Below are positions 26,575-35,218 of a stretch of 39,992 nt of DNA, piece after piece. The DNA comes from a virus (Duplodnaviria > Caudoviricetes). Every line of letters begins with the position of its first letter. The first letter of the stretch is position 1. Where the stretch lies: positions 1 to 39,992 of the IMG/VR virus record IMGVR_UViG_3300031939_000014. One strand, 5' to 3'. A program made the translations under genes and the position numbers. The notes below the pieces were generated by a model, which was not told where the DNA came from, did not search any database, and worked only from the letters and a program-made list of their open reading frames with translations.

Positions 26575-26645
26575 GTCGGTTCCTGTCGGGGTTCGTCGGG
26601 CTGTCGGGGGTGAGGGGGTGACGGCCCGACGCACGCCACCCCCTC
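26575..26645 (-). promoter_or_regulatory. structured 5' leader of the chaperone gene (hairpin/pseudoknot)
   Basis: 12-bp stem GAGGGGGTGGCG/CGTCACCCCCTC; its loop (CGTCGGGC) is complementary to four downstream CCGAC repeats. Confidence 0.55.
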
Positions 26646-26701
26646 GCGCCGCGCGGCGCCTGGCCGGTTTCCCGGCGCAGTAGTTAGGCTCTCGGGAAGC
26701 C

Positions 26702-27643
26702 TTACGGGGTGAGGTCGCGGGTGATTTTCAGCGTCTTGCCGCTCACGGAATCCTTGCGGCCCTCAATATCAAAGGTTGCCATCACGGCCTGCCCGACGCC
26801 ACCGGCAACAATGGTCGGGTTCATAATCACCGCGTTAAGCAGCACGAACGCGTAGCTCGTGTTGCCATCGGCGAACGTCACCGTAACCGCGCCCTCAGTC
26901 TCGTTGATGTATCGCGTGTACAAGGTGAAATCGTTGAAATACATACTCACCTTGCCGCCCACCGTGAACACGCCAGGCAGCATGCCGGCCGCGGCAGTCG
27001 AGCCGATGGCAAAATTCTGCGCGGCCCCGTCGTTTGAAACGTCCAGGCTGAGAGCTTGAACTTTGGTAAGGCCGGTGCCGCCGACGGTGATGTTGCTGGT
27101 CATCGTCACGGTGTTGATGATCTTGCCGCCGAGGCCCGCCGCGGTTTGCGTGCCGGTGGCCGCGTCTGCGGTTTGGTTCACCTCATTCTGCGCCAGCACG
27201 TTAAACGCGCAGGTGACGAACCCGCCTTGCGCGGCCGAGATGTTGAAGCCCGACACGAACGCGCCGGGGTAACGCAGCCACAGCGCCGTTGCCAACTGCT
27301 TCTGCAGGTAGATGGACTCGAAGGAATTTCCGTTCTGCAGAATGTCCGTCGCCCATGCCGAGCAAAAGCACGAACTGAAAAGATCATCATACGTGCCGAT
27401 GCTGAGCGCGCCGTTGATGGTGCCGCCGGCCTGAAACTGCGTCGTCACCATATCCGCGGCCTGCCGGGTGCTGTCGATTTCCGGCGCGCGCGTGCGGGTC
27501 TTGTTGCTGCTCAGGCTTTCCGATGTGTAGCGCAGGGTTTTCGCTGCGGTGGCCGCCGGCATCGTGCCGTAAGCCGTCTCTTTGACGTAGCTTAGAATAA
27601 CATTGTTGGCCTCAACTCCGGCCGAATACCCCGTCGATGGCAT
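26702..27643 (-). CDS. major tail tube protein
   Basis: YVKETAYGTMP...LRYTSESL...EIDSTRQ pattern of phage tube proteins; GGAG RBS. Confidence 0.85.
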   Translation of the reverse strand: MPSTGYSAGVEANNVILSYVKETAYGTMPAATAAKTLRYTSESLSSNKTRTRAPEIDSTRQAADMVTTQFQAGGTINGALSIGTYDDLFSSCFCSAWATDILQNGNSFESIYLQKQLATALWLRYPGAFVSGFNISAAQGGFVTCAFNVLAQNEVNQTADAATGTQTAAGLGGKIINTVTMTSNITVGGTGLTKVQALSLDVSNDGAAQNFAIGSTAAAGMLPGVFTVGGKVSMYFNDFTLYTRYINETEGAVTVTFADGNTSYAFVLLNAVIMNPTIVAGGVGQAVMATFDIEGRKDSVSGKTLKITRDLTP

Positions 27644-27742
27644 CGCTTATTCTCCATGCGCACGCGCGCGGCTGCGCACGCGGCGCCGCGGGTGTCTCGG
27701 TTGTGGTGGTGCGGGGCTATCGCGGCCCGCGCGCGCAGCCGG

Positions 27743-28162
27743 CTATGCGTCGGTATAGCGGTACGCAATTCCCAACGATAACCGAAACCAATTCCCTTCC
27801 CCCTGGTCCTGGCCACCGGGAGGGAACGTGAATTCATCCCACAGCAGCGCGCCTGGCGCCTGGCCGCGGAACCCGTCGGCAAAGGCCTTGCGTGCCGCTA
27901 GCCCGGCATCAATGCCGGTGCCCGAGGGCACGAGCACATGCACCGAAACCCGGCCGGATTCGCGCCACATGCTGCCGCCGATTTCCAGCGGCGCGGTTGC
28001 GTCGGCCTCGATTTCCACGGCAGCAAACATCGGCAGCGCGCCCGTGCCGTCAAACTCGGGTTCCTCGCTCGGCTCATTCGGCCAGGCCACCGTAAGGCCG
28101 AGCGCATCGGCCACCGCCTGCACCTTGGCGCGCGCTGCCGTCCAGACTGCGGGTGATGCCAT
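27743..28162 (-). CDS. tail terminator / completion protein
   Basis: VAWPNE...GRVSVHVLVPSGTG...WFRLSLGIAYRY; position. Confidence 0.75.
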   Translation of the reverse strand: MASPAVWTAARAKVQAVADALGLTVAWPNEPSEEPEFDGTGALPMFAAVEIEADATAPLEIGGSMWRESGRVSVHVLVPSGTGIDAGLAARKAFADGFRGQAPGALLWDEFTFPPGGQDQGEGNWFRLSLGIAYRYTDA

Positions 28163-28165
28163 CGC

Positions 28166-28498
28166 TTATGCCCCTCGGCACCATAGGGTGAACCCGATGC
28201 AGGCCGCGCCCTCATACACGGGGAAGGCCCCCATGATCGTGTAAGTGCGCGCATCCATCACAAGCCGGTCGGGATTGCGTGGCGGCCCCGGCCAGGCTGC
28301 CGCGACAATCTCATCATTCAGAATCTCAACGCGCACGTCGCCCTGCTGCACGCCCGCCATGAGTTCGCCGGGGTTATAGGCCCGCGGATAACCCGCCACC
28401 GTCACCACGAGTGCCGCAGGCGTGGCCGCGCGCCGCAGGCTCATGGGCCGCGCGCGCGTGGCGAGCAGTGCCCGCCGGTTGTCAGCGTGCATGCCCAT
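28166..28498 (-). CDS. head closure / head-tail joining protein
   Basis: ELMAGVQQGDVRV...PRNPDRLVMDARTYTI; position. Confidence 0.7.
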   Translation of the reverse strand: MGMHADNRRALLATRARPMSLRRAATPAALVVTVAGYPRAYNPGELMAGVQQGDVRVEILNDEIVAAAWPGPPRNPDRLVMDARTYTIMGAFPVYEGAACIGFTLWCRGA

Positions 28499-28500
28499 GC

Positions 28501-29100
28501 TCAGAACCCCGGCAGCCGGCGCCACGGCGCGAGCAGCGCCATAGCCTCAGGGGGCAGGCCCTCGGCGCCGCCAGAGGCCGCGGCAAATTGGGTCATGCCG
28601 ATACCCTCGCTGCTCATGCTGCGGATGGTCGGATCGCGCCCGCGGCCGAAAAACCACGCGCGCAGCACTAGCAGGCACGCGCGCTCAATATCCTCAGGCA
28701 GCCCGGCCAGGAGTTCAAACCCGGCATCGTATTCCACCACCACCGGGCCGCAGCCCCATGCGGTGCGCCACGCGTAGGGCTGCCGCCAGAGCAGGCCATC
28801 GGCCACCATGTAGTCGTCGGTGGTGAGCGTGGCGCCGCTGTCCGCAACGCTCACGATGGATGGCGCCAGGTCACGGGCCAGCACGAGAGGCGATGGCGCC
28901 GCGCAGCCCGCCTCGGTTTGCCGCACACGCTCGCGGGCAAAGGTGGCGCGGTTGCACGCTCGCGCGCAGGCCGCCGACGCCTGGCCAATGAGCGCCAAAA
29001 CCTCGGCATCGGTGGTGCCCGCGGCGCCGCCTAGCTCGGCCCGCGCCGTGTCTAATACCGTGAGGTCATGCGAGGCCGCGGGGGTGATGATTTCCAGCAT
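28501..29100 (-). CDS. head-tail connector (gp6-like adaptor)
   Basis: LTVLDTARAEL...QASAACARACNRATF...VEYDAGF...LPEDIERACL...LLAPWR. Confidence 0.8.
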   Translation of the reverse strand: MLEIITPAASHDLTVLDTARAELGGAAGTTDAEVLALIGQASAACARACNRATFARERVRQTEAGCAAPSPLVLARDLAPSIVSVADSGATLTTDDYMVADGLLWRQPYAWRTAWGCGPVVVEYDAGFELLAGLPEDIERACLLVLRAWFFGRGRDPTIRSMSSEGIGMTQFAAASGGAEGLPPEAMALLAPWRRLPGF

Positions 29101-29114
29101 GCGAGGGCCGATCC

Positions 29115-30038
29115 TTAGCGGGTGGTGGCGCCGACATGCGCCGGCCTGGCCGATGCGCCGACATGCGCCGGCCTGGCCGGGGTGCCGAGGTGCGCCGGCC
29201 GCGGGTCTGCGGTGAAATGCCGATAGCGGCGCGCGACGATGCGCGGGCCGCCGATCGTCACGGCCGCCGCGCCGAAGATGCCAGGCGGGGTTGAGGCCCC
29301 GGCAGCAGCCACCACGGCGCCGCTGAGCGCCACAGCCGCGGTGCCGGTGCTGGCAGGTAGCGCCACGCTGCCCGAGGCCGCCAGCGCCGGCCCTGCGAGC
29401 GCCACGGCTGCGGTGCCCGCGTTGCCTGGTAGCGCCGCGGCACCCGAGGCTGCGAGCGCGGGGCCGCCGATCGCCGCAGCGGCCGTGCCGGTGATGGGTG
29501 GCGCAATGCCGGTGCCCGAGGCTGCCACGGCCGGGCCGCCGACGGCCGCAGCAGCCGCGCCAGTGATGGCCGGGAGGGTGCGCGCGCCAGCCGCCGCGAG
29601 CGTCGGGCCGCCGATCGCCACGGCCGCGCCGCCGAAGATGCCCGGCGCCGAGGCCGCGCCCGCGCCGGCAAGCGTCGGGCCGCCGATCGCAGCCGAGGCC
29701 GTGCCTGTGATGGCCGGGGCCGTGTTCGTGCCCGAGGCCGCAAGCGTCGGGCCTGCCAGCACCACCGCCGCCGTGCCGGTGATGCCCGGCAGCGCAGCCG
29801 AGCCGCCGGCTGCGAGGCTTGGGCCGCCGATGGCTGCGGCAGCCGTGCCGGTGATGGCCGGCGGGGTGTTCGTGCCCGCCGCCGCGATCGTGGGGCCGCC
29901 GATGGCCGCTGCCGCGTTGCCGGTGACGGCCGGCGCGGTGACGGTGCCGGCCGCGCCGAGCGCAGGCCCGGCAATCGTGACGCCTGCCGTCCCGGCTATC
30001 CCGGCGCCAGCCGCCGGCAGCAGCAGGGTGAGCAACAT
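29115..30038 (-). CDS. Ala/Gly/Thr-rich protein with 24-aa tandem repeats
   Basis: Ten full and one partial repeat of consensus ITGTAAAAIGGPxLAASGxxxxPx; GGAGG RBS; C-terminal RPAHVG repeats. Confidence 0.75.
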   Translation of the reverse strand: MLLTLLLPAAGAGIAGTAGVTIAGPALGAAGTVTAPAVTGNAAAAIGGPTIAAAGTNTPPAITGTAAAAIGGPSLAAGGSAALPGITGTAAVVLAGPTLAASGTNTAPAITGTASAAIGGPTLAGAGAASAPGIFGGAAVAIGGPTLAAAGARTLPAITGAAAAAVGGPAVAASGTGIAPPITGTAAAAIGGPALAASGAAALPGNAGTAAVALAGPALAASGSVALPASTGTAAVALSGAVVAAAGASTPPGIFGAAAVTIGGPRIVARRYRHFTADPRPAHLGTPARPAHVGASARPAHVGATTR

Positions 30039-30069
30039 GGCGGGTTAGCCTCCGGGCGCGTCGGGCGCG

Positions 30070-31059
30070 TTACGCGTAGAAGATCACACCCGACACGTCA
30101 TTCGTGGCGAGGCCGGTCGATGTGTTGTCGGTTAGGCCCTTCGCGGAGGTAATGGCGTAGCAGATGCCGACGCTGGAGCCGAGGCCGCCCTCTAGGTTCC
30201 ACGTCACCTGCCCGCCGGCCGGAATATCAATCTCATAATCAGCCGCCGTGGTCCCGAGCGTGACCGAGCCAATGGGGTTGTGGAAAATCTTGACGCTCCG
30301 GAGCGATGCCGCGCTGTTTTGCAAACACACGCCGAGCAATCGGCCAGCCGTCGCTTTGATCGTGGTCGCCCCTGGCGTCGCGGGAGACAAAACCGATTTC
30401 GGGGTCGCGCCGCCCGTGTTGTTTGTGCGGTACTGGATGCCCACGTCGCCGATGGCGGCGGAATTGGCACTCAGCGAAACCGTGCCGCTAACACGCACAC
30501 CAAGGTTTTCCGCCGGCAGAATGGGTGCCGAGCGCGCCACCGCAACCGCCGCGAATGTGCCGCTTGTGTACGCCGAAAGCCGGTAGCGGAAATACCGCAT
30601 GTATGAAGGAAATGTCGCATAGCCGCCCGCGCCGATGCTGATACCGGAGCTTGTGGGCGAGTTGCCGTTTACCGGAAGAAAGCCGGACACCTGTATCCAG
30701 TTGGTGTTGTCGTTCGATCCCTCGAAAACGTCGGTGCCCACGCCACGCGTGATGATGTGGACAATCACCGAGCCGGCGTTCAACAGGTCCATGCTTAGGA
30801 TGGTCGCCCCGCCGGCCGGCGTCCCGGTGGTCGCACTACCCGATACGGAAACGCCGTTGGCGCCGACCTGCACCGCCGCCTGATCCGACGCGATGACCAC
30901 GGGAAGCGACGCGGCCATTGTGCCTTGGCCGGCGACAATCGGCACGGTCAGGCCGTCGCCGCCGCCGTCCAGTTTGACGACCTGATACTGGATGCCGCCC
31001 ACATCGTCGGTGCGTATCGTCGCGCCCGCGCCTGGCGTGATAGCGGTGTTATCGGCCAC
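30070..31059 (-). CDS. putative virion structural (head fibre/decoration) protein
   Basis: Beta-rich Gly/Thr/Ser composition; lies between the capsid and connector genes. Confidence 0.6.
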   Translation of the reverse strand: MADNTAITPGAGATIRTDDVGGIQYQVVKLDGGGDGLTVPIVAGQGTMAASLPVVIASDQAAVQVGANGVSVSGSATTGTPAGGATILSMDLLNAGSVIVHIITRGVGTDVFEGSNDNTNWIQVSGFLPVNGNSPTSSGISIGAGGYATFPSYMRYFRYRLSAYTSGTFAAVAVARSAPILPAENLGVRVSGTVSLSANSAAIGDVGIQYRTNNTGGATPKSVLSPATPGATTIKATAGRLLGVCLQNSAASLRSVKIFHNPIGSVTLGTTAADYEIDIPAGGQVTWNLEGGLGSSVGICYAITSAKGLTDNTSTGLATNDVSGVIFYA

Positions 31060-31062
31060 GGG

Positions 31063-31461
31063 TTAGGTCTTTGCCTGCGTATAGGTGAGGCTGGAAACGC
31101 TCACATTGCCGCCGAGCACGATGGAAACGCTGTTGAGGTTGAGTTCCGCGCCGCTCGTGCCGCAGGTGCCTTGAAAGACAACCAGCGTTCCGCCCGTTTC
31201 CAGCACGCGGAAAAACGTGGCCGTGCCGGTGGCATCGGCGCTGCTGTCTGCGGTGATCGCGTTTGCCGTGGCAACGCCTGCCGAGGCCGCGCCGAACGCG
31301 GTTGCGCCCATGGTGAGCGTTGCAAGCACGGTGTTGCCGCTCAGCGCCGCGTCGGCATCAACCGGCGCCGTGCCGCCGTAAATAAGCAGGGTGCCGCTGT
31401 TCGCTCGCGCGCACACGGCATCGGCAGCGCGGTTGCGCTGCGCGCTCGGGATAAATGCCAA
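31063..31461 (-). CDS. small virion structural protein (fibre-subunit-like)
   Basis: LLIYGGTAPVDAD...ATGTATFFRV...LNSVSIVLGGNVSVSSLT; TTG start with GGAG RBS. Confidence 0.7.
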   Translation of the reverse strand: MAFIPSAQRNRAADAVCARANSGTLLIYGGTAPVDADAALSGNTVLATLTMGATAFGAASAGVATANAITADSSADATGTATFFRVLETGGTLVVFQGTCGTSGAELNLNSVSIVLGGNVSVSSLTYTQAKT

Positions 31462-31543
31462 GGGTCAAACTCCACATGATGGCGCGCGGCGCCGCTGCGT
31501 TTGTGCAGATGCCCCGGCTCGCGCCAGGGCACCCGCGGCCGGC

Positions 31544-31840
31544 TTAGGCTCGCTTGGCCTTGTCGCCCTCGGGCTTGTCGCCACCCTTCGCCACAACCAC
31601 GGGATCGGCGCCGGGGGTGGTGCCCTCATTCGGGATGCTGCCCACCGGATTCGGCGGGGGCAGATTGCCCTCGGGCACGCTGCCATTCTCGGTGGTGGTC
31701 GGGCGGGACGGCTCGGGGCCGCCCTCAACAAGCCCGTTGGCCTGGAATTCCTCTAGCGTCTCGCCGGGGGCCAGGTCGAAATCTTCGCCGGCCTCAACGC
31801 GCCGCGCATAGTGCTGGAAAGCCTTCGCCGCTTTCGGCAT
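31544..31840 (-). CDS. small acidic/Pro-rich protein after the capsid gene
   Basis: GGAG RBS; typical post-capsid ORF. Confidence 0.6.
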   Translation of the reverse strand: MPKAAKAFQHYARRVEAGEDFDLAPGETLEEFQANGLVEGGPEPSRPTTTENGSVPEGNLPPPNPVGSIPNEGTTPGADPVVVAKGGDKPEGDKAKRA

Positions 31841-31914
31841 TGTCTCACTCCACAAGTAAGGGGGAAGGGATAGCGGGGCCAGCATAGTAACTGGCCGCGC
31901 CGGTCAAGCGCCTA

Positions 31915-33117
31915 TTAGGTAAAGGTGCCGGTGATGAAAGCAGCGCCTCGGTAAATAGCCAAGGCCAGTCTTTCCTCGCAACGAATCGTTACAAGGTTTT
32001 TGATGAAATCGTCCTCATTTTCTGTACTGACCAAAATCTCCACCTGCATACGGTCAAATATTTGCGCCCCGGAACGGAAAGCCCCGGTGAGGTAGGTGCC
32101 GGCCGTCATGGCGTTCGTGGCCACCACGGGCAGGCCCCACAGCGTCGGGGAAAGCACGCCCTGCGCATCACCCACGAGATAGCCGGCGGTGGTGTCTTTC
32201 AGCAGCTCGATTTTTGCCCAATCAATATGGTTGAGCACGATTCCCGTCGGGGCATACTCGGCAACCGTGCCCTGCAGGATGGCGAGCCGAAGCTGGTCAA
32301 TGAGCGTCGGGGTGGTCATCACGAACGGCGCGGAATAGGCCGTGGCCGCGGTGATGATGCCTTTGATGTTCGCGCCCGTGCCGCTGCCCGAGAGCAACTG
32401 CGCTTCCTCTTGATAGGCGAGGCCGTAGCGCAGGCGTTGGTCAATGATGCTGCGAAGCTGCGCCGCATCATCAAGCACCTGGCGCGATGCCTTGACGAAA
32501 TGCGCGATCGTGCGCACCGGCGCATTAACGAGGTTGAAGGTGATGTCGCTTTTGGGTTTCAGCGCACCTTCCGCCACGGGGGCCGCGCTGTTGGTAAACG
32601 CAACTTCCGTGACATATTCAATAGCGTTGCTCGTTGTCTCGCCAGGCGCGATGAGGTCACGCACGGTGAGCCGGCGCTGCGCGATGGGCGAGAAGCCGCG
32701 GCGATCGGCAATCACGAGAGAGTTCGTCGGGGAGACGCCAGCACCCACGGTGCTGCTCTGATTCATGATGTCCTTAGTCTCGATACGCAGGGACATGCTG
32801 CCCCGCGTGCCGCTATTCATCGCCTGCACGCGCTCGTTGGAAACAACGTGCTCGCCAAGGGTTTTCAGTTCCGGCGCATCGGCATCACGGCCGCGGCGCG
32901 CGAGTTTCTGCTCAATCTCGCCAAGCCGCGCGTTCGTCTCGCCAAGCTTTAGCAGCGCCTCATCGGCCTGCCGCTTGGTTTCCTCGCTCAGCGTGCCGAA
33001 CGTCTTGATTTCGCGCTGCGCGCTCTCGGCAAAACGCTTGGTTTCGTCGGCATAGCCCTTAACCTTGCCGGTGAGTTCGGCAAACTCCTGCTCAACATTC
33101 GTGCCATCTAGCGGCAT
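31915..33117 (-). CDS. HK97-fold major capsid protein
   Basis: Coiled-coil delta domain; RRLTVRDLI...VAEGALKPKSD...IAHFVKASRQVLDD...NLVTIRCEERLALAIYR. Confidence 0.95.
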   Translation of the reverse strand: MPLDGTNVEQEFAELTGKVKGYADETKRFAESAQREIKTFGTLSEETKRQADEALLKLGETNARLGEIEQKLARRGRDADAPELKTLGEHVVSNERVQAMNSGTRGSMSLRIETKDIMNQSSTVGAGVSPTNSLVIADRRGFSPIAQRRLTVRDLIAPGETTSNAIEYVTEVAFTNSAAPVAEGALKPKSDITFNLVNAPVRTIAHFVKASRQVLDDAAQLRSIIDQRLRYGLAYQEEAQLLSGSGTGANIKGIITAATAYSAPFVMTTPTLIDQLRLAILQGTVAEYAPTGIVLNHIDWAKIELLKDTTAGYLVGDAQGVLSPTLWGLPVVATNAMTAGTYLTGAFRSGAQIFDRMQVEILVSTENEDDFIKNLVTIRCEERLALAIYRGAAFITGTFT

Positions 33118-33126
33118 GTTCGCACC

Positions 33127-33891
33127 TTAAAAACGGGGGAGGGAAAAGCCATCCAGGGCCGCGCGCATCTCGTGCGCCGCCTGCATGGCCGCCTTGTTCG
33201 CCTCGCCTTGCGCAGCATCCCGCGTGCTTAGGGCTTTGAGTCCACGAGTGGCGGCAATCGCGGACTGCGAGCGAGAGAGGCCGAATGCATCCCGCATCGC
33301 CCTTTCCCATTCGCGTTCGGTGGGGAGGTCGCCAGCGGCAACGCGCTCCCGAATCTCGGTGATAGCGTCGAGCGCCTCACTCTTGATGCTCAGCACCTTG
33401 GCGCGCGGGTTGCTGCCCGCGGGCACAAGCGAAACCTCAACCAGCGAAACCGCCTTCAACGTGCGCTGCGCTTCGCCTGGCCGGGCTTTCGTGTTGAGCG
33501 TGGCGCCGCCCTGCCGCACGCGGAACCCGATGCTCAGGCTGCCAAGCGCGCCGTCTGCAATGAGGCCGCGAATGCGCTTCCCATAGTCGGTATCAAGCGC
33601 CGAGATGCGGCCCCGCACATGCAGGCCCTCAGGCGTTTCCTGCATCTCCTGCCACACGCCAGAGGGCAGTGGATCGGCGCCGAGGGCAGGCCCGTGCATC
33701 GCGTACATGATGGGCAGGCTGCCGCGCGCCTTGTGCTCTGCGAGCGAGGCAGCGAACGCGCCAGGCACCACGGAATCGCCGTGGCTATCCACCACCCCGA
33801 ACACTGAGGCCATGCCGGAAAAGGTGCCGGCCGGCTCGCCGCCACCGTCGGCAAACTTCACCTCTAGCGGTGCGCCGATATGCTCAATCAT
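33127..33891 (-). CDS. HK97-family prohead protease
   Basis: FSGMASVFGVVDSHGDSVVPGAF...H...LSIGF...LVEVSLV. Confidence 0.92.
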   Translation of the reverse strand: MIEHIGAPLEVKFADGGGEPAGTFSGMASVFGVVDSHGDSVVPGAFAASLAEHKARGSLPIMYAMHGPALGADPLPSGVWQEMQETPEGLHVRGRISALDTDYGKRIRGLIADGALGSLSIGFRVRQGGATLNTKARPGEAQRTLKAVSLVEVSLVPAGSNPRAKVLSIKSEALDAITEIRERVAAGDLPTEREWERAMRDAFGLSRSQSAIAATRGLKALSTRDAAQGEANKAAMQAAHEMRAALDGFSLPRF

Positions 33892-35218
33892 TCGGGGTGT
33901 TCTCCGCAGGCGCGCGCGCTGCGGCAGCCGCCGGCAGGTCTGCGCGGGTGGTGGCCTCGCCAAGCCGGGAAAGGGGCATCATATTTGACTGCGCGGTAAG
34001 GTCATCGCCGCCAGGCAGCGGGGGCAGGCCCTCGCGCCCGCGCGCCTCGTTGCGTGTCATCACGCCCGCGTCGATCATGCTTTTCAGGAACGCGGCGCGG
34101 CCCGCACTGTCCGCGCGCAGCAGCCCCTCAACGTTGAACTCAACTTCCATCCGGCGCCGCTCACCGGACGTGAGCAGCCGGCGCCGAATGGCACCCTCGG
34201 CATTTTTGAGGATCGGCCGCATCGTGAGTGTGTGGAAACCCTGCAACATCGTCTCTAGGCCGGTGCCCCAACTTGTCGATTTCGCAGTGTGGCCAACGAG
34301 AAACGGCGCGACGCCGTAGAACCGGCAAACCTCTTCAATTTCAAACTCGCGCGTCGCAAGCAATTCCGCTTCCTGCGGCGGCATGCTGAGGGCCTGCACT
34401 TTCCAGCCACCCTCTAGGATCGGCAGCAGGCCGGAATTTGAGGCGCCGCGGAACTTCGCAAGCATCGCGTCGGCAAGCCTGCGCTGCGCATCGTTGAGCA
34501 CACTAGGCGCCTCGATATAGCCGCCAGAGCGCATGCCGTTGGCGAAAAGCTTGCCGGCAACCTCATTGGCCGCATCGGCAATGCCGAGCGTGTTGCGCGC
34601 CTGGCCGATCGGGGAAAGGCCGGTGATGCCGTCCAGCGTCATGCCTTTGATGTGCAGCACATCGCTTTCGGCAATGTCGCGCGCGCCGGCCGGGTCGAGA
34701 TACCGATAAGCGAGCGAGCCGCTATCCTCGCGCCGCACCTGCACCCACTCGGGCCGCAGCGGGGTGAGCGCGACAACGCGCCCGCCGTAGTCACTAGAGG
34801 TGCGGTGAACCTCACTGTAGGCATTGCCATGGGTGAGCAATGAGACGCCCTGCGCGCTCCAAAACTCAGCCGCGCTCATGTCAGCGTTCGGCGCTTCGTG
34901 CAGCAGCGCATACAGCGGGTGGTCCGGCGCGGGCACCATGCCTTTCGTGTCCGCGTCATAGCGCCGCACCTCGAAAGGCAGCGTGCCCCATGTCTGCGAG
35001 ATGAGCCGGATGCAGGCCCATGCGGTGGCAATGCGCAGCGCGCCCTCAACGCCAACACTGCGGCCGGCATAGGAGGCGTTTGCGCCCATCCACTGCGCAA
35101 CCGCGGGGTCGGTAAGCTTGGCCGGGCCGGTTGCCCAATAGGCAAGCGAACTCACGGCCTTGATGAGCCAATCTGCTGCCATGAGTTGGGAGCCTGCGGC
35201 TAGAGGGGGAGTGCTCAA
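33884..35218 (-). CDS. HK97-family portal protein
   Basis: WACIRLISQTWGTLP...LLHEAPN...HGNAY...DVLHIKG...GLSPI...MTRNEARGREGLPP. Confidence 0.95.
   Translation of the reverse strand: MSTPPLAAGSQLMAADWLIKAVSSLAYWATGPAKLTDPAVAQWMGANASYAGRSVGVEGALRIATAWACIRLISQTWGTLPFEVRRYDADTKGMVPAPDHPLYALLHEAPNADMSAAEFWSAQGVSLLTHGNAYSEVHRTSSDYGGRVVALTPLRPEWVQVRREDSGSLAYRYLDPAGARDIAESDVLHIKGMTLDGITGLSPIGQARNTLGIADAANEVAGKLFANGMRSGGYIEAPSVLNDAQRRLADAMLAKFRGASNSGLLPILEGGWKVQALSMPPQEAELLATREFEIEEVCRFYGVAPFLVGHTAKSTSWGTGLETMLQGFHTLTMRPILKNAEGAIRRRLLTSGERRRMEVEFNVEGLLRADSAGRAAFLKSMIDAGVMTRNEARGREGLPPLPGGDDLTAQSNMMPLSRLGEATTRADLPAAAAARAPAENTPND

Noticed and set aside
29127-29195. 27-nt direct repeats (GCGCCGACATGCGCCGGCCTGGCCG) as a possible CRISPR or mini-array
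   Set aside because: They are in-frame tandem repeats encoding RPAHVG units, with no unique spacers and no cas genes.
29239-30048. 269-aa repetitive plus-strand ORF
   Set aside because: Mirror of the 24-aa repeat gene, which has the RBS and the operon orientation.
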